From: Eledone cirrhosa
Lineage: Eukaryota
Assembly: GCA_964016885.1 (NCBI GenBank)
Contig: OZ024740.1
Location: forward strand, 283,650,001-283,714,000
Reading direction: 5' to 3'
DNA: 64,000 nt
Below are positions 40,809 to 56,257 of the stretch, piece by piece. The notes below the pieces were generated by a model. The model had not been told where the DNA came from. It ran no database searches and saw nothing but the letters and a program-made list of their open reading frames with translations. The stretch's first letter is position 1. Each line of letters opens with the position of its first letter. The translations under genes and the position numbers were made by a program.

Positions 40809-42092
40809 ATATATATATATATATATATATATGTTACATGCATGTAGTCACTCCATCAGTAAAATTTGTTGTTATTTTTATAAGTTCTCATCCTGCTGAG
40901 GTCAATGTTGCCTTTCATCCTTCAAGAGTCGATACAATGAGGTATCAAAATAAGTTACTGGGGTTGATGTAATCAACTCTCTTCCACCTCCCCTCTCAGT
41001 TTTGTCCTTGTACCGACATTAGTAATTATATGTATATTTATATATTTGACATTTTTCTGATTTTTCTGTTTGAAGCAGTAAATTGATAAACATGGATTCA
41101 TAATATAACATCAAAGGGGAAATTGCATCAAAAACATTCTAAAAACTGATATAAACATTTTAAATTTTCCTGAAAAACAAAATTCATTTAAAAGAATTTT
41201 AATTCAATTTTGAATTTGTTATTTATATCCATATCCTAGCCCGCCGCCACCAACCCTAAGCTTTGTTTTATTAAACCCTCTTAGGTTTACTAACTTGAAA
41301 TGTTAAACTTCAAAATCGGTTGGTGATGACGGTGGAGAATGATAATAAAATTATCTGTGCCTGATTCACACTTGTCTTTTTTATAATTAATGTCATCTAC
41401 TTAACATATATGCAAGCACTTAAAGATAACATATAAACAACAACTATATAAAGGAGTTAATGCATGAGTAGAGTCTAATGTGTATTATATGCACATTGCA
41501 TTCTACTTACTAACACAAACACTATCAACACACATAGCTACATAACAGTTTTCAACTCCCTCTTTCTCTCACAATGACTTATACTCTATCTATACTTCGT
41601 TCATTCTTGTTCACTTTGTTATTTTCGTTTATCTTCAATCTCTTTATATTACGTAACTTATTCCCACACTTTGCTATATGTATTGAGGGTATAGTATATA
41701 TTCACACTGACATATATACACAGTTATTCATACATTTCGCTGTCTTATTTATTCGTTTATAGCCATTATATTGACCAATCCTTTCACACCATACCACTCT
41801 TTCTCACGCTTCTTTACTCTCATCCTATTTATCTCTCTCCCTTACTTTTCCCTTCCCTCTCACAGTTTCCCTTCCCTCTCACAATTTCCTTCACCAATAT
41901 CTGAATTTTTTTATCCAATTGTTGCTCTTACATCGTTCATCTCCGTGTCACTTATTATTTTCCTCTATCTCTTTATTTTGCCTGTCTCTCTCCTGTTTAA
42001 CTTAACTGTTTCCCCCTATGTTCTTCTTAGTGGCGTCTTCGACTTTTGCTCTTGTAATTTTCATTTTGTTTTATCTTCTTTCAATTTTTGTC

Positions 42093-42171
<79 letters not shown>

Positions 42172-42504
42172 TTCATTCACACACACACATACATACATAC
42201 ATACATACATACATACATACATACATACATACATACATACACACACACGTATATGTATGTATGGTCCCGTAACTCCTGATAGAGTCGTAGAAACGCCGCA
42301 TTGACAAACGGCGTTTCTTGAGCATTTTAAGCCTGGCGGAGCCCATCCCGCTCCAGGTCTGAGTACAGCAGATTTCTTTCAGAGAGAGGAAGAATCGACC
42401 CCAGTACTAGACTGGTACTATTTTATCAACCTTGAAAGGATGAAAGGCAAAGTTGACCTCAGTGGGATTTGAACTCAGAGAGCAGAGAGCCGGAACGAAT
42501 ACCA

Positions 42505-42640
42505 TAAAGACTCTGGGTTTCTCGTTTCCGCGAATTGAAACGAGAAACACGAAGTAACGATTCCTGAAGTTTGAGCTTTCAATAAACACGCTAAATAACT
42601 CTACTTTCAGTATTGAGTACTCTTTTTCATTCTTATTCAC
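42505..42640 (+). mobile_element. Penelope-like hairpin-plus-tail relic (further family), abutting a minus-strand SINE-A relative (~42385-42505)
   Basis: gtttctcgtttc-cgcgaatt-gaaacgagaaac hairpin, then aataaa...ctctactttcagTATTGAGTACtct. Confidence 0.55.
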
Positions 42641-42665
42641 ATTCAAATATTTACACACGCGCACA

Positions 42666-42738
<73 letters not shown>

Positions 42739-44724
42739 GCGCACACACGCACACACACACACAAATATGTGTGTGTTTGCTAGTCTGTGTGATTGTCATC
42801 ATGTTTGCGCAGAAAGCTTTTGAAAAACTACATAAATTACATAAGAGAAGACATCGTTGAATAGGATGCACAATGTTAACATTAAGTTTGTGCGTGTGAG
42901 TGAGAGTTTATGTGTGTGTGTGTGTGTGTATCTGTATGTTTGTCTTCCTTGTGTGCATGTGAGAGAAATTTTATGTGTGTTAGTCTAAGAGAGAGGGAGA
43001 GAATGTATGTAAGTGTGACAGCTTGTATGTTTTTATTTATTTAATGTATTTTCGTTCACAAACTATGAGCAGCGTTGCAAGATTGTCATTAATGTTTGAC
43101 AAAAGATTAGATTTGTGTGTCTCAATGAACACAATCAATGGATTTGAAAACTGCGATTACTCCTCACCGCCCCTCACTATTATTCTATTGACACGTTTTT
43201 AAAACATGTGATAAGATAAAAGTAACAATATATATATATATATATGTGTGTTATACTAAACAACAAACCGCTATTAAAAAGGCTAAGAGATCTTGTTAGT
43301 AAAATGTAAAGATCAAATAAAAGAAAATATTGAAGACATGGGAAAATATATTGAGTGTGTTCGTGGTTTGTTTTATGAATGTCTAATGATTCAATGGAGT
43401 TCGACCTGCTAGAAACAGCACCTAAGTCACTCTCAAATTGTACCCAGATAAAAGAAATATACTGTTTGAAAAGAAAAGACAGCTAGTCACATCTGTAACA
43501 CTTTTAATCATAGACATATTGGGTCATGGCGAAAGGCACTGGACCTAGTGGTGAAGGTATTGGTTTTAAAATCATAAGATAGTGGGTTCGATCCACAGAC
43601 TAGACAGCGTGTGGCGTTAGTGAGCAATCTACTTCATTTCCCGTTACTCAAGTTCACTCAGATGAAAGAATATGTAGCAAAAAATAAGCAGATGGGTGTT
43701 AAACTTGCGACAAATGGGTATACTTTCAGCCGCCTAATGTTTCTCGAAACCAGGATAAGTTCCAGCTTGATGAGTTTGTAGCTCAAAAAGAAAAAAAGAT
43801 CTAATTTTTTTAACGTGGTTTTCGATAATATAATGATTGAATGAAGATAATGGTATGGACACTATACTTTCACTCGATCGACTAGAAATAGCACTAAGTC
43901 CCACCCAGATAACCTAGTTCTAATTACATTGCCTGAAAAAATATGAAATAAAAAATAAATAATATGCACAGCTGGAACTCTTTTGATCATATTTTTGCTG
44001 AGTCATGGTTAACTTAGGCTAAGCAACAATAGTAGGTGCAGATGTTGTACAATGGAGAGGAGAGTTAATACCAATTGCATTCGACCCACATCTGCGTGTG
44101 TTTAGCCAGTCTCATATGAAGTTGCATCTCATAGGTTTCTTGGGTATCATGTCGCCATTTTTCCGAGGTTTGAACTCCAGACGCTCAATAGATATTCAAG
44201 GAATCATAACGTTATTGAATTTATTAAATCCTGCCGAGGTTAGTTTTGCCTTTCATCCTTTCGGGGTCGATAAAATAAGCACCAGTAATGCACTGGGGGT
44301 GGATTTAATCGATTTTCCCTTCCCCCACAATTTATGGTCGAGTGACTAAAATAGAAACAATTATCAGTGACGTATTGAAGGCACGTGGGTTAGTGGTTAG
44401 AGTGGTAGGCTCACGCTCAAAAGACCCTGGGTTCGATTTCCAGAACGAATGAAGCAATGTGTCCTTGAGCAAAGTAATTCATGTCACTCTACTGAAAATA
44501 AGTTCTTTCAACAACAGTACCTGGGGCTTGCGACAGACAGGTGCCTTGTCTATCGATTAATCTTATACTCTCAGTCACTTAATGCCCATGAAACCCGGAT
44601 AGAAATTCGGGCCTCGCTTAACCCGTGCAAGCATGGAAAAATGGACGTAAAATGATAACTCTATATCTATTAGTGAAGAAGGTAAATACACTCGTTTGAA
44701 CCAAACCAAATTCCAAGTTCTTAC

Positions 44725-44905
44725 CAATGTGTCCGAACACGGAAGAGCCAAACTCCCACTGCCCATGCCTCCATCTCTCTCATCTTCCCCATCTCTCTGT
44801 ATTATGAGCAAATGGGGTCCCACGTGCTGGCCACCCCACAGCCCCGGCAGACAGAATGGAGAAGGCGTTTCCCCGGGGGATGTTAAGGGAGATGCACTGT
44901 AGAAA
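44725..44905 (-). mobile_element. CRE-like LINE 3' end, second copy
   Basis: Colinear with 25562-25740. Confidence 0.78.
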
Positions 44906-45239
44906 TTACTGTGACCGGAATATTAGAAGAAATCCTAGACATTATTCTTCGGTATCTTACTTCTGTAAAATGATATTCGTTCACATAACTAGCTTATTTA
45001 CAGACGAACGCCGCTAATGTTTTATTGTAAGTTGAGCACAGCATAATCATGTCAAATACAGACACAATACCAGGCATTTTGGGGGAGTAGTTAATCCATT
45101 AAATCGACCCAGAAATGATGAAAAGCGAAGATGACCTCAGCGATATTTGGACTCGAATAAATACTACAAGATATCGTGTCCGACGCTCTAACAATTCTGT
45201 TAATTAACCTTTACTCTCCCAGCGGAACAGCTTATAATA

Positions 45240-45645
45240 AAGATATTGAATTTAGACACAAGGCCAGCAATTTGAAGGAAGAGGAAATCGATTGTATCGA
45301 ACCAGATTTTTATTGGTACTTTATTTTTTCGACACCGGATAGGTGAAAGGCAAATTTGACCTCGGCGGCGGGATTTGAACTCAGAATGTAAAGAGCTGGA
45401 ACAAATACTTGTTTCTACTTTAGGCACAAGGCCAGCAATTACCCAGTGCATTACTGGTACTTTATTTTATCGACCCCGTAAGGATGAAAGGCAAAGTCAA
45501 CCTCGGCGGGATTTGAACTCAGACCGTAAAGGGACGTAACTATGCTTGAAAGCATGGCGTCCGACCCTCTACCGATACTGCCAACTGGAACAAATACTGC
45601 TAAGCATTAGTGCGACGCTCTAACGATTCTGCTAATCCACTGCTC
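45240..45645 (-). mobile_element. Young SINE-A (~45410-45585) nested in an older relative
   Basis: TSD ctggaacaaatact on both sides of the inner copy. Confidence 0.88.
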
Positions 45646-45757
45646 TTTAGCAGATCGTAATAATGGTTTCTAATTTAGGCATAAGGCCAGCAATGTGGGA
45701 ATTAGGAAGGTCAATTACATCTATATATAAATTTGAGCGATTTCCGTCCGTCATACA

Positions 45758-45816
<59 letters not shown>

Positions 45817-46338
45817 TATGTGTGTAAAAAGAAGGAAGGAGGTGGTGAAAAACTATAGCAAAACAGCGGCTGGCGTCCATTTGCTACGCTGTGTGTGAGT
45901 GTACGTGTGTGTTTCTGTAAATGTATGTATGCGTTTGTGTGAATGTGAGTGTGTTTGTGTGAATGTGTGCGTTTGTGTGAATGTATGTGTATTTTTGTGA
46001 ATGAATGTGTGTGAGTGTGTGTTTTTGTAAGTGTGTCTGTGTTTGTGCGTTATATCTACATACTCATACAAATCTCGGCAATAAATGTTAGCAATAACTT
46101 CAACAATACTGTGAGGGTTCATTCCAAATACTAGTCTATTCCAGTTCTAGACTGGTATTTCATTTTTTGGGACTTTGGAAAGATGATCGATATAGTTGAC
46201 CTTGGCTGGCGGTCTATTGATTGTACTAATCCATCACACTCAATTGAGAAAATTATAATAACATTTTCATTGATGTATTTTTTTCTTTTTCAATTTTAAT
46301 TTTATATTTATGTTTTCTTTTTTATTTCTATTTTTCAG

Positions 46339-47075
46339 AATATGTGAGCCCCACCCAAAATACAAAAGAAAACGGAAAGAAAGAAGGAAAGAAAGAAAAG
46401 ACAAACAGAAAAAGAAAACAACTGTTCCCTTCCACGAACCACTAAAACTACATTAGAAAATCTATGAGCAGTAAAAATAACAATAGTAAGAGCAACAACA
46501 ATCGTGGACAAAGAAGATTAAAGAAAGCTGGGAGAGAGTTTCAATGAATGACATCGCAAACTTAAGTTTGAATAGAAAAAATAAAACGAATGTTTTTTTT
46601 GTATAGACGAGAAACCAATATTGGAAGAGTTTAACACCTCTTGTAGCAGGGCAAATGTCAGGTCACAGAGGGTGAAGTATAAATAGATAAATAAATAATA
46701 AATAATAACCCAGTAAGTGATGGTAATAATAAAACATAATTATTTTAATGATAATAAACCAAACCACATATAGTAGTCAAACAACATTGCCAATAATAGA
46801 GTTTTCACCATGAAAAACAACTAACTGTACAGCAAAAAGGGTCCCAAAACCAGCAGCAGCAGCACTGCAGCAGCTATAACAACAATAACACCATAAAATA
46901 AGTTATTATCTGAACTGATAGGGAAACAAAATTTCAATTATTTTTCTCATCTAAACAAGAAAGTAAGGTAAAATATAAAATAATAAAAACTAAAACTGAT
47001 TCAAGATAAATTATATGAAAACGAGTAGTGGTAATTAAATCGATAATATAATATTTTTTTTTTTTTTACTAAATA
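46339..47075 (+). other. Candidate downstream (3' UTR) exon of the 648-aa gene; 3' end unknown
   Basis: Very long T-rich tract ending tttttcAG at 46337-46338, followed by an abrupt switch to A-rich sequence with several AATAAA. Confidence 0.45.
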
Positions 47076-47212
47076 TCAAGTTAAAAGTAGATATTTCGTG
47101 TATAACACTGAAGCTGGAATAATCAAGTATAGAAAAAAGTTTTCTATCAGCGGATTATTACTTTTAAGTAAGAGATTAAGAAGAGGCTTGTTCTGCATTC
47201 TTATCAATGGGC

Positions 47213-47283
<71 letters not shown>

Positions 47284-47401
47284 ATATATATATATATATA
47301 TATATAGATAGATAGATAGATACATATATATAGATAGATAGATACATATATATATATATATACAAATATATATATATATATAGAGAGAGAGAGATAGATA
47401 C

Positions 47402-47458
<57 letters not shown>

Positions 47459-47462
47459 CATG

Positions 47463-47503
<41 letters not shown>

Positions 47504-47508
47504 ATGTC

Positions 47509-47613
<105 letters not shown>

Positions 47614-47630
47614 ATGTATGTATATATGTA

Positions 47631-47806
47631 TATTATAAAGAGTCGGGACCCCGGCGGCTGAGCTCTTGCCGTTTCAACAGTTAGTTCCAGACTGAAACTA
47701 ACTGTTGAAACGGCAAGAGCTCAGCCGTCGGGTCCTGGCTCTTTATAATATGACAATACTCTACTAGCCCAAGTATCGAGTACTCTGTTGAGTAATGGTC
47801 TAACCA
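47631..47806 (+). mobile_element. Penelope-like fold-back element, family A variant
   Basis: Palindrome 47631-47750 centred near 47691; GAAACGGCaagagctcaGCCGTCggg; tail ctctactagcccaagTATCGAGTACtct. Confidence 0.77.
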
Positions 47807-47879
47807 GTTTCAAACTGAATCCATCCTTCTCTTTTCTTTCTATATTAAACTACCACTACTACTATTACTACTATCACTA

Positions 47880-47925
<46 letters not shown>

Positions 47926-49009
47926 AAGACCTCAGCAGTTATTCCTGCTGATTGTCCAAACCTTAAACTATTGAACAGCAATAACAAAGGGTAGATATAA
48001 ATACAATAATGATAAGGACAAAAAAACAACAACACATCTCTCTTTATCTTTCTCTGCATTCTTCTTTATCGACACTCTCTCCTTTTCCTTTATTCTGTTT
48101 CCATAATAACGTATGTTATTATCTTTTTTTTTTTTTTTTTTTTGAAAAACAACACTTTGTTTCCATATTTTGTGACGCCTACCAAATCGAGCATATCAAG
48201 AAGAGCTCTCTCAAAATCGAATCTAATCTCAAGATTCAGGCTTTCAATTCCCGGTCGAACGTTGGACTTTCTGACTTATATCACGACCCTCAGAAATTAG
48301 GGTTTTGTGTTTATGAAAGAAATCAAAACATCCATTTTTTTCTCTTTTCTTTTCAGCTAACGATCACGACTCATCAATATGATATATTGAAGAACGTTCT
48401 TTCTTTCAGAATTTCCAAAGTTTTTCAATTTCGTGTTTTGCTTGTGCGTATGTGTGTGTATATTTTTCAGTCATTTTTCTTTAGCATTTAACTATTTATT
48501 GAATATTTATTGATGTAAATGTTTCCCATCTACATATGGTTTTATTTTCACTTTTTTTTTTTAATGTAACTTCCTACATTTTTTTTATCCTTATAAATCA
48601 CCATAGCATTTCCTTCCATTTTTACAAGACCTTATCTATTTCATCTTCATAACACTTTTATCCTTAACAAATATATATTTTGAATTAAAAATTAGCATTT
48701 CTCTGTCAGTTTGCACTTTTATTTCAAACACACATACACATCTTTCTGTTAAGACGTTCGTTCATTCTTTTCGAAATCTCTTCCTCCTTCATTATTTAAT
48801 TTAGAAATTAAATAGGGAGTTATTAAGATTAATGTCTTAGATGATCAGCCAGAATAGAAAATATAAATGATACAAAAATTAAAGTTGTAAATATTTACAA
48901 ATGATACATATACATTGCTATATGTAAGTGGGGTTCGTAGTGCGACTCTATGGGTATGTATGTGTGTATGTATATGTGTATATGCACAAATATATATTTA
49001 TACATTCAT

Positions 49010-49069
<60 letters not shown>

Positions 49070-49199
49070 ACACATACATATATATATATATAATACTTAG
49101 TCTCACTTTTACGTTGTCTATATTTTCCTCTTTTTTTCTCTCGTTTGATTAATTTAGTGACATACATATGCATAATAACATACACACACAATACATATA

Positions 49200-49248
<49 letters not shown>

Positions 49249-50012
49249 CAACTCCAGCTCCCTATGTAGTTATTACACATGCATATGAACAGTATATATA
49301 TATATATATTAAATAAATATATATATACATATATTAAATAGAAATATATATATACATATATTAAATAAAAAAAATATATATAAATATATATATTTTATAA
49401 ATATACATATATATATATATATGTATGTATATATGTGTGTTTGAGTGTGAGTGCGAAGGTGTATATCAATACTACTACTATTACAAAAATGTCAAGCTGG
49501 GAGGGGAAATGTTATATATGCGACATTATTATTGCGGTGTTTCTACTTAAAACGAAAGAGAAAGGCAATAGACAAAAAGCAGTCGTTATATAATTTTCCG
49601 CCATATTGAATATGCATGTTTCTGTTTATTCTATATATATATATCGATCATACAGCAATACAGTTGTTGGTGGTGGAGTTGTGAGTGGATGGAAGTGTAA
49701 TTCATATTATACTACGAATGAAACACTGTCTTCCTAATGGATCCACGTATTTAGAACCCGATTTGATAACTATCTGACATCCTATTGTTGCTGTGGTCTC
49801 CGCTTACTAGATAATTTTCACAAGCAAAGAATAACATAACCCGCCTGCACTCTTTCTGACCTCCACTGTAATTGCTAAATGCACACACACACACACAAAT
49901 ACACTCATACATACGCACATAAACAGAATATTTATACAGACAGATATTTATATATATATAGATAGATTGATAGATATAGATATTTATAATGGTATAGTGA
50001 CTTTTGGGCCAC

Positions 50013-50072
<60 letters not shown>

Positions 50073-50254
50073 GTATATATATATATATATATATGCATAG
50101 CATACATACATACATATATTGATAAATCTGATAGTTTTGTGGAAGAATTTTAATTCGAAAATATATGACATAACTATATTTCTACTCTACCATCTGACTA
50201 GATAAATATGAACATTAAACCCATAATTACTTTATATTATATATTAACGGTTCA

Positions 50255-50332
50255 ACCTTACGGGGTCGATAAAATAAAGTACCAGTAATGCACTGGGTAA
50301 TTGCTGGCCTTGTGCCAAAAGTACAAACAATT
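50255..50332 (+). mobile_element. Short 3' SINE-A fragment with TSD
   Basis: tatattaacggt on both sides. Confidence 0.8.
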
Positions 50333-50366
50333 ATATATTAACGGTAGGCACGCACGTACATTCATC

Positions 50367-50401
<35 letters not shown>

Positions 50402-50426
50402 TGTATTTTTTATACACAAATATGTG

Positions 50427-50477
<51 letters not shown>

Positions 50478-50906
50478 CCACGTTATAGGTGTAACACATA
50501 TAGGTGTACACCTGACCAAGGCAACATGTTTCTAAGTAGCTTTGGTCTGGAGTCAATATATATGCGTTACTATCCTAACAAATTTATTATATATTATATC
50601 ATATATTATATATGTGTATATGTCTTCATGAATATAAATATAAAAGGATGTATAATAGAAGCTTTATATTAGTGAATAGATGATGTTCTGTGCGAATCAT
50701 TAGTAGTAAAACATTTAGTCTTCATGTGACTTGTTTATATCTAATCACATGCTTTATAGTTTAATTAATAAGCAAGCACGAGTATTCATACATTTATAAT
50801 GAAAGAAACACACACTTACACGCACACAATACATATGCATATGTGCATATAAATATATATTCGTCAATGAAATTTGTTCTGGAGTAGAAAGATTAGCCTA
50901 CCTCTT

Positions 50907-50997
<91 letters not shown>

Positions 50998-51036
50998 ATA
51001 TATATATATACACACATATATATATATGTATGTATA

Positions 51037-51072
<36 letters not shown>

Positions 51073-51092
51073 CACATATATATATATATGTA

Positions 51093-51231
<139 letters not shown>

Positions 51232-51304
51232 ATAGTTTGTTGTTAAAGACACAGAAGCGATATTCTGGCAATATTATTACACAAATATGACCCTCCCCAA
51301 GTAT

Positions 51305-51389
<85 letters not shown>

Positions 51390-51789
51390 TATATATTGTT
51401 TATATATGTGTGTGCGCGTATCTACATAGATGCATATATATATACTAGGTATTTAAAGTTCAATTTACTTTATTCTTCTTTCGTTCTATTCGAAATATCA
51501 GGTCTATATAAGTTGAGGATTTTCATAGAACGATATTACTGAACGAATTAAAACTGATATCAAAATTCAAATTGGATTAGAAATACAATAAAAAGTTTGA
51601 TTTTTAAACACTCATTATTGATTTTTTTTAACTTCACGTTTCTTTTTATATAATCCCAGAAAAAAAAATACATTTTTATGTCCATTCGAGTCTATCATCT
51701 CGATTATGATGTAAACACTTAAAAACCTTCAATAATTTAATCAGAACAGAACAAAACCTTTTTCGTTTCATTCATATGTACATACACAT

Positions 51790-51846
<57 letters not shown>

Positions 51847-51970
51847 ACATCCACACACATTCATAAACATGCACACCACACAACGCTCTGTTGTCATTAA
51901 TTATTCACCAAGTCATCGACTTCCTCCGTCTCTCTAACACTTTACTTTCTTCCTCCCGCCTCTTTCTCTA

Positions 51971-52028
<58 letters not shown>

Positions 52029-52185
52029 ATAATGTTGTTTTTGTTTAAACCATTCTAACATTGCAGGGTGTTTATTTATTAAAAACATAGCAGCGTATGA
52101 AAATGTTGACCACAAAATATTGGTCATGATAACATCTTAAACAACAGCAACGAAGACGACGATGATGATGATGATGATGATGATG

Positions 52186-52249
<64 letters not shown>

Positions 52250-52465
52250 TAATAGAAGTCCATCGATAATAGAAGACCATTAATAATAGTTTTACTGTAA
52301 TAACGATAATGATGTTGGTGATGATGATCATCATGATGTCAAATTTGATTGCTTTATTTACTTCAGTATAAGGAGGTGTTTTAAATTTTTTTATAGAATG
52401 AAAAGTGAACATGTTTCTATTGCTTTCCTATTAACTGAAATAAATATTACTACTACTACTACTAG

Positions 52466-52499
<34 letters not shown>

Positions 52500-54056
52500 G
52501 GTAATAATAATAATAATGTGTTGATAATGAGGCTGAGAATAGGGAAGAAGTATTTATAATAATAAAAGATTAAATAATGAACATGATTGAAAAACTGAAA
52601 TATTGAATGAAATGTGTTTTCAGGAAGCTCGTCTCAAGTTTGACTTTGCTTTTAATTTATTTTAATTTTCAGTTATATATCTTTAATGCAAGTTAAATTC
52701 TAATAATTTCATTACTGCTATTTTCCTATGCTGACGAATTGTTACTGCATCCATTAGAGAGGTGCAGAAATGTTTATCAAGTCAATATAAATAGCATAGC
52801 CAATGTTTAAACTGTTATAAAAATCCCAAGAAGTTTCGGAGGTTTTATTTTGTTGAACTTTTTAAAGAGTAACGCAACATAAAAGTAAATTCAATAAATG
52901 AAGTAAACACGTAGAGTTCTTCTATAAAATCTTGTTGAAACGAGTTCTTATATTGTTTAAAATACACTCATATATACATTTCTTCCATATATTTAGCAAA
53001 TATTTGGCGAATTAGATCAACAAATATTCCTGGGTATAAATATATTTTGATATCTCTAAGAAACAACGATTTTTATACGATTTTATTAATGTACAGAACC
53101 TGATTAGATTTATTTTATAGTGTCAAATAAAGAGAATGTGCAGTTAGAACAACTGCCTATAAACGAAAGTAAGAAAACATTAAATTTTCACCTGAACGAT
53201 TATAGCAGCAGAGTTATTTTGTTTGCTGATTTTAAGTCAGGGCAAAAGGAAAGAATTAAGTGAAAATATCTTCGAAAATTCGAGATACAACCTAAAATGT
53301 TGTGATTTCTAATACAGAATAGAAAAAAGGGAGTTTTATATCTAGACTGGAGAAATAAGGCTTGCTATTCAGTGTTAATTTACTTATTCTTGTTAGTCCC
53401 TTAAAATAAAAAATCAATTCTTAAATAGTTTTTGTAGGTCAGCTCCTGAATGATGCTGAATTCTGTGCTTCAAACACATATAGCTATAAACATATGTAGC
53501 TATCCATTTAAACATATACATTATTAAATACCAATGATCTTTCTAAAGATAATAATGTCAATATATATTAGCGTTTAGATCCTTGATATAAAATCAGATG
53601 AATGAAAAACTCATTCATGTAAATCCTCTGGCAATTTTGGAAACCTTGATTCTATATTTCCGTCTGGTAAGTTACAATATTCACAAAGAATGGTTAAAAA
53701 TGGAAACTGTCAAAATTTAGTCTAGAAAAAAATGGTGTCTTTTGTCACCCGATTCAAAATATTTGGTATTTTATAGAAATACTTTGAAGAACATCACACC
53801 CTGTTGTCAACTTCACCTTTCTACGGCATGGAAAGAATAAACATGTCAGTTCTAAGGAATGGAAGTAGAATATTTTAAATGGTTTCGCTCCCATTTTTTA
53901 GTCTGCATATATTGTGAATGTGTATATGTGTACGGTTACAATCACACACACACATACACACATTTAAATTTATATATCTCTATGTATATATGTATTCACA
54001 GATACATACGTAGTTATATATTTATATACATATATACATAGATGTATGCACACGAG

Positions 54057-54125
<69 letters not shown>

Positions 54126-54141
54126 TATATATACATGTATA

Positions 54142-54230
<89 letters not shown>

Positions 54231-54254
54231 GTATAAATATGTACATATATATAT

Positions 54255-54318
<64 letters not shown>

Positions 54319-55244
54319 GTGTAACGTTAGCATATACGTTACGCATATATACACTAGTATGATAAACGTAAATGTTTAAAGGTATATGCTTACGCACATA
54401 TGTGTATTTATACACTCATATATGTGCAAAAATGATATATATACACATATGTAAGTAGTGTACATATCTACATATGTATATATGTTTCATTTTGCGATTA
54501 GGTTCTTCGAAAGTCACAATTGTGAGTTTCATAGCAAATGAAAAATTATCAAAGATTAGTGTCTAGCCAATGCCATATATATGATATATATATATATATA
54601 AGATGAAAGAGAAGTAACTACGTATGTTTTAATCAGGTGTGACAGAAAAATATACAGAAAGAGGAAGGAAATACGATGTTGCCAAACTACAGAAGAATTA
54701 CAAGAGAGTATATATAAATATAGTACCTTGCTTTTAATGTTGCTAGTTCTTCATTCTCTTGAGCCTAAATTTATCATTTATTTAGTTGACCATTAAATCA
54801 TTTTATTCGATCTGGAGACTATTCTGCTCTTTCACCATTGTTTTACTCAATGTCACATTGCCAAATACCTCCAGATTTCTACATTTAACTGACTGACACT
54901 TCAACACGAGTAGCAATCTTTCATTGGTACCACTAAGCTTTCGTCACCGTTTTATCCCTTTCCCTACCCTGCCCGATATTCATCTTTTTGCTTCCAGTCA
55001 TTTGTGTAGTTATAAATCTCAGTGTTTACTACACGAATGACATATTTCAAGTGTTTCTTTGGGTTTCGTCTTTTTGTCCATTGTCCCCTTTTTCGCCCCC
55101 AAAGATTCCTAATAAAAGATTGTCGCACACTACAGTGATTATGTGTCTATTTAAAAGTAATAATAATGATAATAATATTAATAATAATGATAATATAGAT
55201 TAAATTTGAGTTGTTCATTGATAAATAAGCAACATGTAACACAT

Positions 55245-55316
<72 letters not shown>

Positions 55317-55320
55317 CATT

Positions 55321-56015
<695 letters not shown>

Positions 56016-56206
56016 ATGTGTAAATGAAGTAATTCCGTCGGAAAAGTCCAGGAAAAAAGAGTGCTCTATGTAGGTAACAGAGCTTAATAGTTATGTAATA
56101 AACACCATAAGGCAATTATTCCATTTACCAGTGGTTTCTTAAAAGCAAAAAATGTTGCTTTCAATCATCAGAATGAAAAAAATCCTGGTCTGTTTATTGA
56201 ATTTGG

Positions 56207-56257
<51 letters not shown>

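Noticed and set aside
42272-42320. cctgataga...gaaacgccg..cggcgtttc hairpin as a hammerhead
   Set aside because: Box spacing and stem II are non-canonical; the hairpin alone is insufficient.
48009-48491. 160-aa ORF
   Set aside because: Phe/Leu-rich translation of T-rich sequence with no domain features.
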